From: Lentisphaeria bacterium
GTDB lineage: Bacteria > Verrucomicrobiota > Lentisphaeria > JABSQK01 > JAWLHB01
Length of the DNA stretch: 64,000 nt
Direction of reading: 5' to 3'
NCBI GenBank assembly: GCA_041690595.1
Contig: JAWLHB010000017.1
Location: 62,001-126,000 of the forward strand
In this document: in pieces, positions 15,001-20,991 of the stretch
How positions within the stretch are numbered: position 1 is the first letter of the stretch
Layout: the number at the start of each line of letters is the position of its first letter
Program-made: the position numbers and the translations under genes
The notes under the pieces: model-generated
What the model was told of the DNA's origin: nothing
Seen by the model: the letters and a program-made list of their open reading frames with translations, nothing else
Database searches by the model: none

Positions 15001-16190
15001 CGCTGCTGGAAAGCGTCAACCACGGCTGATCCAGACGCTTCTCCGCCTGCCACTGAACGGAAGTTGAGCCGACGTTCGTCACGACGTAGCTGGCGGAAGC
15101 CGGCGTGAAGTCGCCACCGACATTACCACTGCTGTTGAGGCCGGTATTCGGCGAAACCGTGATCAGGCCCGCGGTACCAATCACATTAAGATTGATAACC
15201 CGCAAGGTACTTGAGTTTGTGCTCGAACTGAAGCGGAGAGTATCCGTATACGTGCCGGGCTGCAGAACCTGAGCATTCTGATTGAGATTGACACGCACCG
15301 TGACGGTGGATTGTGGCAGAAGCGAGCCGCTGTGATTCGATAGGGTGACCCAGTCTGACAGATTATCGACGGAGGCGGTCCAGTCAAGGATCGAGCCACC
15401 TGTATTCTCAAGGGTATACAGCTGAGAAGTGGGGCTGAAGGGGCCGCCTTGGCCGCCGGATGAGACGAAACCATCGGCGGGAGAAACGGAAAGGACCCCG
15501 GGAGACTGAGGCACAATAGTCAAAGAGACTGGACGGCGGGTGTTGCCGTTGCTGGTAGTCACATTCTTGAAATCGAGATTCAGGACATGATTCCCTTCAG
15601 GAAGGGCATTGGCGCGATTATTCAGATACACCCTCACTTTGGTAGAGTAAGTGGGAGGCAGCTCGCCATTGGTGCTGCTGAGAGACAGCCAATCTCCAGC
15701 CCCAACGACGCTCACTGACCACTCCAGGGTATCCGCGCCCGTATTTTCAACCGTATACTCATGCACGGTTGGGCTGAATGGCCCAAAGACGGTGCCTGAC
15801 GACGAGAAGTTCTTCTCGGAGACCTGCATGAACCCTTGGTTCGCGGGCGTTATCGTCAGATAGGCCCGTCGCAGAACTTCATTTGGCGTCTGCGACGTTA
15901 AATTGGCAAACTTGACGGTTTCCTCGTATAACCCGGGGGCGGTAATCAGCGCCGCATTGGCGTTGATTCGCACCGATACGAGAACCGAACCACCTGGGGC
16001 CAATTGCCCACCCGTGGTGGTCAACGATAGCCAAGTGCTTTGATTGACCAGCGTAGCATTCCAGTTGATGGACGCGTTTCCGGTGTTTGTAAGCGTGTAG
16101 CTCCTACTGCTTGGCGCAAATGGTCCGCCAAGCGGTCCGCTGCTTTGCAGCGTATCGTTTGGTGAGACTATCAGATTGCCGAACGCACCC
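1..16190 (-). repeat. ~48 complete + 1 partial protein-level repeats of ~110 aa (~330 bp period)
   Basis: Recurring consensus G-L-V-P..GGPF.P....Y.L.N.G...L.W......W.SL....G.L.PG....V.V..N..A..L..G.Y...I.F....R.V.L.V. The second Trp position was counted about every 330 bp from 16030 to 317. Confidence 0.88.
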
Positions 16191-16285
16191 AGCGTTCCAA
16201 TCATGAGTAGTGTCAGGATTGCGGTCCATCCCGTTAGCCGCGCTTTAGGCGGCGAATGCGGAGATCTGAGTTGGCTGTCAGTCAT
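1..16285 (-). CDS. Giant secreted tandem-repeat surface protein (>5428 aa, BACON-like beta-sandwich repeats); 3' end lies beyond the window
   Basis: ATG at 16285 with a GAGAGGAGAG RBS. The N-terminus MTDSQLRSPHSPPKARLTGWTAILTLLMIGTLGAFG is signal-peptide-like. The same frame still reads repeat sequence at position 2 (...GPYSPESTIYTLTNPGGTIIEY). The ORF track has no stop-terminated minus-strand ORF in this frame, consistent with one open frame lacking a stop in the window. Confidence 0.92.
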   Translation of the reverse strand, partial: MTDSQLRSPHSPPKARLTGWTAILTLLMIGTLGAFGNLIVSPNDTLQSSGPLGGPFAPSSRSYTLTNTGNASINWNATLVNQSTWLSLTTTGGQLAPGGSVLVSVRINANAALITAPGLYEETVKFANLTSQTPNEVLRRAYLTITPANQGFMQVSEKNFSSSGTVFGPFSPTVHEYTVENTGADTLEWSVSVVGAGDWLSLSSTNGELPPTYSTKVRVYLNNRANALPEGNHVLNLDFKNVTTSNGNTRRPVSLTIVPQSPGVLSVSPADGFVSSGGQGGPFSPTSQLYTLENTGGSILDWTASVDNLSDWVTLSNHSGSLLPQSTVTVRVNLNQNAQVLQPGTYTDTLRFSSSTNSSTLRVINLNVIGTAGLITVSPNTGLNSSGNVGGDFTPASASYVVTNVGSTSVQWQAEKRLDQPWLTLSSSAGVLEPQASATVTVSLNRTANGLPEGAYSDTIRFVNLTTAQGPVDRFVNLTITPGLPGQMVVSAGGFSSLGPIGGPFSPATGSFIIANAGTSTFTWRVESNQSWISLSSTGGTLVAGDAVTLTASINTLAEALPASQQVATLTFYANDRAVVSRFIDLTVIDLPAEIEVTPLEGMSAPLNTGKTYTVRNVGAAALDWQATVNVDWLSLTSNGGRLDPINDATFTVFLNDRAGVLNPGEYHAVLTITNLTNGLGNTTRPIDFTLVEDAPGRLDVQPTDGIHVESMQYAMPVANSQYMTLTNIGGSALTWAVEKIGSAPWLSLPSVSGSLEARDLANLDMTPTIPTALVPVEVNSAVKSMAPGTYSVTLRFYSDGVAIADRFVTLVIHPNPPVLVVVGSDFDAFTVERSAVITPNRTAVYQLENTGGTELPWIASLEKGTWVQLSSTQGELEASGKASVAVSISPDNTRALAPGIYTDLITFTNTVNAVSQTRVVTLAVTSEVRGLLNINPNLDFAAVGEVGGGFAPTATSYTLSNSGQLQVAWSAAVVNAAWLSPSIRSGVLNGQQSIAIDYSINSSANALSEGFYSGSIIFYENGRLVAIRAVSLNVRSDSAQLFVSPADNFVSSAVAGENPETLSKSYELTNNGGLPLEWSIQGSANWLGISSTGGSLLPGQTTSVEVRIIPTITRTFAPGTYAITLGFNATGDNGRTERSVQLIVSAESAAQVVLSDGDNLLSIGSKGGPFTPPSATYTLLNSGDSDASWSVADPNNVPWLNLSNSAGILAADVSVDIRASFNSAANALIPGSYATQLDFYARGILVGTRYINLTVAQNPSLLTVSAVLSPFDVQGYVGQPLTEFSPRANAYTLTNAGNEGLDWTAETDVDWLTLSSTSGRLEPGESVVFIASVNLQARLKATGSYAGSVFFANASTGNGNTSLPVALIVNERTPALLTVTPESGVHVIKDINSVTIPQPSLDAYTITNAGQIATDWSVELANSRDWLSLSATAGSLAGDSSATVGIQINSGVRDEPVGVQQEIIRFYSAGVVVAERVVTLDVTETIGSIELDLEAGVASWETSAFVRGPFSDQGVVLVLRNVGQAPLNWSAGHNRSWLSISSSGGYLLPDSSVSIGLRLSDANSRLLEPGSYADLITIYNIDGYGARAYTQDPIEVPVGLTIMPRAEGDISIDNDAGLVSSGAVGGLFTPDRAEYLLTNNGDLPVSWSVVKSAEWFSISSHGGTIAGKGTASLTLFVNAKASKLLPGSYNDTVLVYVNGILLTTRTATLTVTDLPGTLVVITDVPTVEDFASQGPLAGPFDVTSKTYTLYNSGGTAIDWTAYVNATWLSLSSISGSLQPTNSVAVRVQLTDQARKLGIGAYEALISFANATNGSGDTNRQAALVVHPVIQGQLQVTPNIGMMAIGPKWGPFPASVPWEYGLTNAGDTTIQWAARLENNSNWVSVSSVAGSLEGSETYSILVSLNSEAHKLDVGDYVDTLIFSSNGIDITSRPVSLVVREGSGTLAVSPDDEWIVSGTEFGSDWTPASKSYNVKNVGYGAVNWEATVSVPWVSLTTSGGMLESGAELTLVVVLNNGAKTLPAGSYEGTLRISNLTTPENFRLIPISLLVNPKVPGDLRITPEGGLASSGSVGGPFESDSLSYLIMNEGATPITWSVNQAAAPAWVSLSSTGGTLTSDASATVTVSLSTLARNLAAGTYEFTLEFRAAGILLGARNISLVVRDEPGTLEVSDDLAFIANGPYGGPITPPSKAYVLTNSGGARLLWAATLDNGSLVGLSSTAGMLEPNGTATVTVAVRREANDQLPGNYADTIRFNDLTNSASVERFVNVSIEQRVPGELEVLPAGGLVSMGGVGGSFNPPELELTLKNIGDTAISWAAVLDDASWISLSSSAGVLEPLGIATVTLQINAVANSFGVGLYTNEVTFLIGGVPVDSRGISLSVRDEEPRLSVTPETDFVGAILDTDSSVSDDKFIDYTLKNEGGSPLAWTAEVNALWVTLNNGAGILESGAEVVVRARLNGEAYALAPGSYGSFINFANSSNGVGSATRAVNLLVQPSDPGDLTINPQAAVTFAGKVNGPFAATLNRYELNNRGGLPVRWSVESGASWVSLSSTTGTLFPNAGGISLTVQIADEAKDFAAGTYATTLAFSVDGRQVEVRFVYLIVTDTIGLLTVNPTTNLQVDGKHGGPFSFVGESGSSYSITNAGGTDFGWSATTDAAWLSLSSVSGQLSVLGQAEVKVQVDQVEARKLLPGVYTARIDFTNMTTGNGDTSRVVDLIVKPLDPGEVVMSPADGFIAFGPVNGPFGVKSTSYKLENSGDDLVSWNAVVDQSWVTLSSRSGTLTEKGSATVTISLNSEAYQLPAGLYTGRLSVLVGGVEVHARFIELTITDGVGHLTVTPAESFTATGQFGFDNDWSPQGSVSYTLRNSGGTPIEWSAAINSNWMTLTSNRGVLQAGRSTTVDARFNSVADQLQVGTYSGLIQFANLTNQNGDTNRSVELIIEPAQPGQLRITEEAGLAASGPAGGPFVNLRASYVLENVGGATLQWSIPATYPAWVSISSTAGSIEPNGAVTITLFVNNLANLETAGVHTGEVRFLADGIFHDSRGVSLTVLAEQAFLSVSEPLVNTFNVAYGTDVVLPERQILYTLKNAGGTPLDWSAALSIAGVQWASLTSTSGTLLPNHSTDVMLVVNRLVNELAVGSYPATITFVNKTNQAGDAVRTANVIVQPVAVGNLKITPEDGLTGVGGSGGSFQPTNKSYLLTNTGGETISWSASKNAGWMSLSSSSGVLEPSGEVSVVVSFNAIANTQVAGLYEDNVRFFTNGVFVDSRFISLSVLGDEGILEVSPAAPIRLSAFGSVGGPFTQTIEEYTLKNAGGKSLEWTAENSSSWLTLSSTRGVLEPNAETTIKVRINNDAKSLTAGAYSDLVLFGNATNQNGNTVRVVDLLVDPLNPGRLVVGPASGFVATGPVGGPFNNPSTSYVLENAGKSPINWSASESADWMSLTSYSGTLEAGAAVTVFVTLTDEATTKVAGSYQETIVFRDEFTTTETRPATLLVVSNQGELEVKDGADDLLESISFSGMEGGDWTPATVLAILTNIGGEAIGWTATTDATWLTLSSTAGTLEPTNSTELDILVNSQAKFLSPGAYVASITLTNMLNGLGSTIVEANLIVRPANPGMLVVSPATAFSSFGPEGGPFKPATEIFELTNQTEDRLSVEWSASKTAAWVNLSSETGKLEPGANTSVAVSIASLATSFGPGTYSDTVTFYASGVQMATRQVNLTVAGGTGELAVTPLDHVKVTGPENGEFVFSPGDVYSLQNVGGTSLAWTADSNATWFSLSSQQGRLEVGETADVQIMLNRQAEVLLPGAYTALITFSNTTTGNGTTSRVVDLIVKPVNSGKLTVSPDALFVSRGAEGGLFAPNSASYVLTNAGGQTLAWEARKNVNWLSLSSTAGSLEPGSSTTVMVALNSGVTGLPAGSHGETITFVGGGVDVVERFVEVNVLGDQGQLAVTPEEAWQLGFVENEYDGTKVMRKEYTITNIGGTALQWSTESSVAWIVLSSTNGYLEPGADTVITVSTTNGLRSLPAGSYVGSISFNSSNGNGSTTREIDLLIEAQLPAQLAVTPAGGVSYVGSIGGPFTAADNSAYKLENKGGLPVAWSADYSANWLLLSATRGTLERDGVADINVRHTQAAAALGVGTHTDTVLFHADGVVVGEREVSITIIDSEGSLSVSGTDLSASGIVGVQPSASTTYTLKNNGSTPIDWSVQDDVEWITISSASGRLEPLAEVTLVVNFNRAVQDLAVGQHLARIDFRNESNGEGTTFRGVQLDLEAPAPGRLVISGSTGLTASGPVRGPFTPSSTSFTVKNEGAVAVDWSAESLGATWISLSSLGGTLLDDSETSVDVSINTQANVLADGFYTEVISFYMNGSFIVDRFVALTVIGSQGSLQVLTANPVSFATTVGSAVADTASYVLKNIGGTTLDWTLAKSADWISLSSIAGSLVPGASATVVIVPRQLIQNMAVGAYVDVISFVNVTTGIGTTVREINLTVRPITPGNLAVTPLQGYFMSGGEGGPFTPLQAAYELKNTGGTRVAWTADTAANWVSISSATGSLDPNDTTTLRVSPNLQTNLLAPGQYNDVITFTLDNNQLVTRAIQVLVLEDEGVLDVVSPVGTVDSSGVVGGTFTPEEQKYVLKNTGGTVIEWSASVDKDWISLSAVTGVLGPSASVTVVARLNSSVRLQPVGAQSAVIRFANVGSGLNNSTREWALKVQEIEPGRLVVSPAEAVSYFGKPGGPFNAFASSATSYTITNEGGAALDWSVTKSTTNIVLSTQGGRLEPDASTTVSVVTSKAANALPIGNHTDQLVFFAGQLEVARRQVSISIQDQEGILEVTGAAPLQAFGPIGGAFSDSSIQYTLRNGGNTALSWTAAKVTAQNWYSLSSNRGVLEPGAEAIVQVSINSIANSLLTAKVYTDILAFTTSTGLGHTQRVIQLTVLPRDPGHLEVSPEEGFLASGPIGGSFDPSVWSYTLRNNGATALDWTAATTANWVSLSSRTGTLEPDASAEVYVTFNVETNKLPAGVTSGFIEFISDSSSIVRREISVTAYDESGVLVVEGSGDLVLSGEYGQVPVAEHIYSLQNIGNSTITWEAALDANWLTLSATAGILEPSASIDVKVRFNGNARMLAVGSYSNLISFTNTSNDQGSAAFEVNYTVERSLPGRLILNDATGLISFGWRYSSGVSPLDTVRRFTPNEKTYILSNEGDTSLEWSAGATAAWLSLSSVGGTLEPTGTATVTVRLNAAASTLAVGNHQDVVSFFQNGINLTGRTVDVTVVDDVGTLEITDAQNDAVWQISGLRYGDFAPDNAVYYLRNIGGTAVNWNASPNVNWISLSSSSGTLEPGEGVTIAAALNSNSETLAVGSYQATVSFLNTTNGNGDGERYASLVVLQAEPGYLVVSSDQGDLVSSGLRFTGPYSPESTIYTLTNPGGTIIEY

Positions 16286-16446
16286 CGTATCTCTCCTCTC
16301 GTTAGCAGTAGGTGTATGTGTCGAAAATGAGTGTGGAAATTGAAAAGCCTTCCGAGCACCGTCAGCGGTGGATTCAGAAGGAGTAGATTTGGCTTCGAAA
16401 GTGGACAAGGAAGGTTTCATGGATGTCGCTGTTGCTCTTGCTTCGC

Positions 16447-17133
16447 TTATTCGCCGTAGGGGCGGTAGTCGTAGCTTCTATAGATGTCGAGATAGTAGTC
16501 AACCAAATCAGCGATGTCGCGGAACTGATCATCGTTGTAGTCGCCAAGCTGGGAATTGGCATAATTGCTTGCGTTGACATCGTACCGGGCGTCGATGCGA
16601 CCGAGGCGGACGGACTCGCTGACATCGTCCAGGAAGAGGTAGTGTCCCGAGAGCGTGGGACTGACGTACTTTCGAATCAGCTGCGCATCCTGCGTCACGG
16701 CGCCAATCGGATAATAGACGGCGCGGATGCCCGTGAGGAAGAGCACCTTCATCCCATTCGCGTCGGGGAAGGTGCCGGGGTCGACACCGGAGAGGGCCGA
16801 AAAGACGTTATGGAAACCGCCAGTTTCATACTCGACATTGTAGCGCATCAGCGCGCCTTCAAAATCGATCAGCTCGTAATAGCGAAAGCCATCTACCCAG
16901 TGCGAACGCCAGATGATGCTCCCCAGGCCGCTGTTGCAGTCGTAGAGCAACTGCCCGGTCCAGGTAATGGTTTTCTGGCCGCGGTCGGCATACTCGTCAA
17001 GGCCAAAGCGTGGCCCAACATCCTGAACGGAGCCGCTGATGCTATACACGAGATACTCAGGTTGAGCATTCGTTGAGTTCAGAATACTCAGGAGACTCGC
17101 AACGGTCGCCAGGACCACCAATACAGTTTTCAT
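16447..17133 (-). CDS. Hypothetical secreted Tyr/Asp-rich protein (228 aa)
   Basis: Signal peptide MKTVLVVLATVASLLSILNSTNA; RBS AAGGAAGG; co-oriented directly upstream of the giant gene. Confidence 0.8.
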   Translation of the reverse strand: MKTVLVVLATVASLLSILNSTNAQPEYLVYSISGSVQDVGPRFGLDEYADRGQKTITWTGQLLYDCNSGLGSIIWRSHWVDGFRYYELIDFEGALMRYNVEYETGGFHNVFSALSGVDPGTFPDANGMKVLFLTGIRAVYYPIGAVTQDAQLIRKYVSPTLSGHYLFLDDVSESVRLGRIDARYDVNASNYANSQLGDYNDDQFRDIADLVDYYLDIYRSYDYRPYGE

Positions 17134-17343
17134 TATGACGCCTTCCTTGTCGCATGATGCTCGCCCCCAACTTGGAAAAGTTGTCCCTCTTTGCCAAGGA
17201 AGCGTGCAATAGCTGTTACTTTATCGCCACGAAGCCATTACTAATCATCAATGTAGAGCTATCAGCTGCTCAGCCTCAACTCAAGGCTTGCTGCATCCAG
17301 GTTCACCGGAGATCAGTAAATTTAGTTGTCTACTATCACCATG

Positions 17344-17372
17344 AAAGTACGCTTGCAGCGGCTGACTGTCAA
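17344..17372 (-). promoter_or_regulatory. Putative sigma70 promoter for the 228-aa gene and the giant gene
   Basis: The minus strand reads TTGACA-N17-TACTTT about 210 nt upstream of ATG 17133. Confidence 0.55.
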
Positions 17373-18408
17373 GGTGATCGAAAGAAAAATCTGAAATAGC
17401 CTGGCGCCTCACCCGTAGGGTGGTATGAGGCACCTCGGAAAGTATCTGCCGGGAGAGCGCGGGGGACTCGTGTCGGACGGAGTGCCGACACTGCGCATGG
17501 AAGCTGAAACAGCTATGCGGGCGCACCATGTGGGAGTGCCTCGGCTTGGCGCCCAAAGTCATTCGCGGGAAGTCGAAATGTGGAGCTTTCCCGCTCGAAT
17601 TGGTCTGGTTGTGGAGCGCCGTGGTCATGCTTGAAGTCCGGTGGCGGATGGGAGGCAGGTGGTGGGCAGAGCCGCATTTTGCGTTACTAAACTATAGTTT
17701 ACATCCTGCTAACAGCTTTGCAACGCGCAACTCATGGAAGCCGACCATATTTTTCGGTTCTCCGCTCAAAATCAACCGCTGTGGCGTCTTCCTAACGAGA
17801 TCCTGGTGTCGTGTACGGTTTCCAGAGGCGACTTTGGCGGCCAGAAGCTCCGCCAGAGCGAGAACCTCGCCAAAAATTGTCCATCGAGCAGCCATATTGC
17901 TTGCTGTTGTCGCAGCTTTATTGCCGTCGCGGCTAACACTCGTTAGCTGATCTATTCGACTTGTCATGCGGGCACTCCTGATAGCTAGTTTGCACCACAA
18001 GCCAGTGTCAATGTTTTGTTTACGGATTATAAATACACACGACACGACTTCACCCATCAAGCACTGAAAGAGTGGCTGAAGTGGTTTCATTAACTGCTCT
18101 TTATCGCTTGGGTTTAGTAACTCGTTTAGTCGCTGATTTGTCGAAGAGTTGACCGCTTTCCGCCAATACTGCTGCCCCGCCAAGCTGGTAAGGACTTCGT
18201 CGATGCTCCTGACGAGGAAGAGACGCAGCCTTCCTTGGGCCGCACGGGCGCTTCGGGGGCGCCTCCCAACAGCGGGGCGTTGAAAGCCCTGGGTGGGCGG
18301 GGGCTGTCACCGAACAGAGGCCGTCACCCGATAGAGCGGGCGACGCGCCGAATCTGGCAGGCGCGTAATTGGGCGGCGTGCAGACGATGCGCCAGGCGCG
18401 GGGAACGC

Positions 18409-20991
18409 TTACTCGATGTACTCGTAACGAACCAGGCGGTAGTGCGTTGCGTTCAACGCGTCTCGGTATACAACGGCCATGACGCGCTGCTGCGCAAGAA
18501 TGCGGTCAGCGCCCGGATCAAAACGTTTCAACATGGCCGGCACATCCCCAGCGGGGGAGCCGCGACGCGCGGGGACTCGGATGAGCATCTCCTCTTCCGT
18601 CCCACCCACGTCATCAACAACTTGGGCCACCAGAATGATGGTGAAGTAGTTCTGCCTGATCGTGGCGAGGGGCGCCACTCGTCCGACGATGGATTCCATG
18701 GCGGCGTCACCAGCCAGGTAGGCGTCGAGATTTTCCCAATCGCGTCCAATGTTCGGAACATTGGCAAAGGCGGATCGGCGGGAAAAGGGGATGCTGGCAA
18801 TCTGGTTTCCAGCTTCATCCGCGCGCACAGCGCCATTCATCCTGACAATCTCCTCGGCCAGGTCCTCCGCAGCCGAAACAGGCAGCAGAATGTCCGTCCG
18901 AAGCGCCGAATCGTAGTGGCTGGCAATGGGTACGCCGGCCAGCAATGCTCTCAGAACCGATTTGTTATACGTATTGATATTGACACGACCAACTTCGCGC
19001 AATCGATCCCCCATCTTCACCTGGTCGAGGATATTGGCGTCGCCATTGACATAGCTGCCAAGTCCAGTGGTTGATGTGGCATGTGTATTATGACGCTTAA
19101 GATTGATAGTCTCCCAAGGAGCTCCACGATGGATGGTTCCCAGTTCCCACATGGATTCCATGGGGGCATTCCGAATGTAGTTGGTCGAGACTCCCCATGG
19201 GTCGGAGACCTCTGGTTCATGGTCCTTTTCCAGAAAACCATCCAGATTGACATCGACTTGGGGAGCCGGATTGCAGAAGGTGTTCCTGCTGCCGATCGTG
19301 TTACCCTCCCCCGGTCCATCGCCCCACGCTAACTGCCATCGCCATCCACTGCGATGGTGATTGGCCCTTGGGTCGTCAACCTCATAGCTGATTGTCTTGA
19401 AATTATCAGTCAGCGAGATGTTCTTAGTGGCACCGGTCTCCGCAAGTGGCTCAGAAGCTCCGACAAAATCAAGTACCTGCCCAGCGCTATCCTTGAGCAC
19501 CGCGTACTTGATTCGCAGATCGGCGATGAAAACTTGGCTGCTGCTGCTGCCGAGAGGTAGTGTTGCTCGTGCAGCCAGATTGCTGTAGCCATAATAAGAC
19601 TGGGCATCAATCGTCATATCTCCATAGGATGCCTCGCTGGCATTGAGAATATAGGTGAAGGTGGCCTCATCGGGCACATTGTCGATGCTGTAGCCAAGAG
19701 TCACTGACACCAACAAGCTGGTCTGGTCGATGTTGATGTCAATATCGTGCATGTTGATGAGTTCTGCCCGAAAATCGGTGTTCAGCTCATAGGAGCCGGG
19801 AGTTTCGGCAACTTCGGCCAGACTGAGGGTGAAGGCGAATTCATTGATGTACGGGAGCTGCTCGAGGCCCACGTAAGTCGCGAATGGAGCGGGATCTTCG
19901 GTATAGTCGGTGGTGGGCAGACTGTCGCTATCGCAGTAGTCGATAAGATTGGCGATGATCTGGTACTTCGTCTGTGTGTTGGCGTAATGCAGCCATGGAA
20001 TGCCGCCGGTATTCGGGGCCGGAGTGAGCATTCCCCTGCCAGTGCCACTGGGCTCCTCCCAGTAAACGCTGGCGCTGGTGTCAATGGTGGCGATAGCGAT
20101 GGCATCCCAGTCAGCATCCAGATTGAAGCGATGCCTGTCAATCGGGCTGTCATGATACGCTTCGATGTCGTAGCTGTGCGGAAAGAGGTTTGCAAGCACG
20201 TCGATCCGAATGTCCTCGTCATTTGCGGCACTCGTCAGAGTGGAATCCTGATGGAATATGTGGTAATGCGAGAGCCACCTCAGGTTCTCCGGCAATGCCC
20301 CACCTTCATGGATCAGCGGTTGAAAGTAGCTGGCAACCGCTGCATCCGCAAAAAGATTATTGAGATCGATTTCGCTGCTGCTGAGCCCTTCGCGGGGCGG
20401 CTCACTGCCCTCGGCATGGGAGGCGCTGACCGCGGAACTGGGATCGATCTTGCCCGACTCATCTATAATGACGTAAGCATAGCGGGCGACGATTCGATCC
20501 TTGGTTTCACCTGCCAGGATGTGCACCCAGCCGACCGAAGGATCGAACTCCTTGAACCCAAACGGCAGATAGTCGACTTCCCCCAGTTTGACATGAAGAG
20601 CGGGATCAATCTGATCTTGATCCTGCTCTTGACCGGCCGGGCTGTGGCTGCACCAATAGTAGCGTCCCTCACAGGGGCTTCCTGGCGGCCCGAGCCGCGC
20701 TCCCTTCAAGGGCGCCGTGGCTGGAAAGAGGTTACTTACATCACTGCTGACGGCGAAGTCGATAGCCAACTCTTCATAGACCTTCTGAAGGCTGTTCTCG
20801 GCTTCCAAGCGGGCGCGCATCAGACTGCCATCCAGTTTGCCAACGGCCTGGGAGTTGATGGCAGCCAAAGCAAAGGAGAATGCCAGGACGAGCAGGAGGG
20901 AGAGGACGGCCAGCGTCATGAGCAGAGCGATACCCTTCTCTCGTGAATTCTGGCGGCGAGGGGGAACCTGACAGTGCAGCTTCATGGTCAT
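18409..20991 (-). CDS. GspK/PilX-like large minor pseudopilin (Verru_Chthon cassette A-like)
   Basis: EKG|IALLMTLAVLSLLLVLAFSF leader without Glu5; GspK-type motifs DESGKID and GRVNINT; 4-bp overlap with the upstream gene. Confidence 0.8.
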   Translation of the reverse strand: MTMKLHCQVPPRRQNSREKGIALLMTLAVLSLLLVLAFSFALAAINSQAVGKLDGSLMRARLEAENSLQKVYEELAIDFAVSSDVSNLFPATAPLKGARLGPPGSPCEGRYYWCSHSPAGQEQDQDQIDPALHVKLGEVDYLPFGFKEFDPSVGWVHILAGETKDRIVARYAYVIIDESGKIDPSSAVSASHAEGSEPPREGLSSSEIDLNNLFADAAVASYFQPLIHEGGALPENLRWLSHYHIFHQDSTLTSAANDEDIRIDVLANLFPHSYDIEAYHDSPIDRHRFNLDADWDAIAIATIDTSASVYWEEPSGTGRGMLTPAPNTGGIPWLHYANTQTKYQIIANLIDYCDSDSLPTTDYTEDPAPFATYVGLEQLPYINEFAFTLSLAEVAETPGSYELNTDFRAELINMHDIDINIDQTSLLVSVTLGYSIDNVPDEATFTYILNASEASYGDMTIDAQSYYGYSNLAARATLPLGSSSSQVFIADLRIKYAVLKDSAGQVLDFVGASEPLAETGATKNISLTDNFKTISYEVDDPRANHHRSGWRWQLAWGDGPGEGNTIGSRNTFCNPAPQVDVNLDGFLEKDHEPEVSDPWGVSTNYIRNAPMESMWELGTIHRGAPWETINLKRHNTHATSTTGLGSYVNGDANILDQVKMGDRLREVGRVNINTYNKSVLRALLAGVPIASHYDSALRTDILLPVSAAEDLAEEIVRMNGAVRADEAGNQIASIPFSRRSAFANVPNIGRDWENLDAYLAGDAAMESIVGRVAPLATIRQNYFTIILVAQVVDDVGGTEEEMLIRVPARRGSPAGDVPAMLKRFDPGADRILAQQRVMAVVYRDALNATHYRLVRYEYIE

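Noticed and set aside
101..15863. Dozens of ORF-track ORFs (up to 504 aa) on the + strand and other frames
   Set aside because: Shadows of the giant minus-strand gene; no recognisable motifs.
1..16190. ~330-bp periodicity as a CRISPR or DNA repeat array
   Set aside because: Conservation is at protein level only; there are no identical direct repeats with spacers and no cas genes.
17281..18310. ORFs of 69-163 aa in the intergenic region
   Set aside because: Mutually overlapping, with no RBS or motif support and atypical composition.
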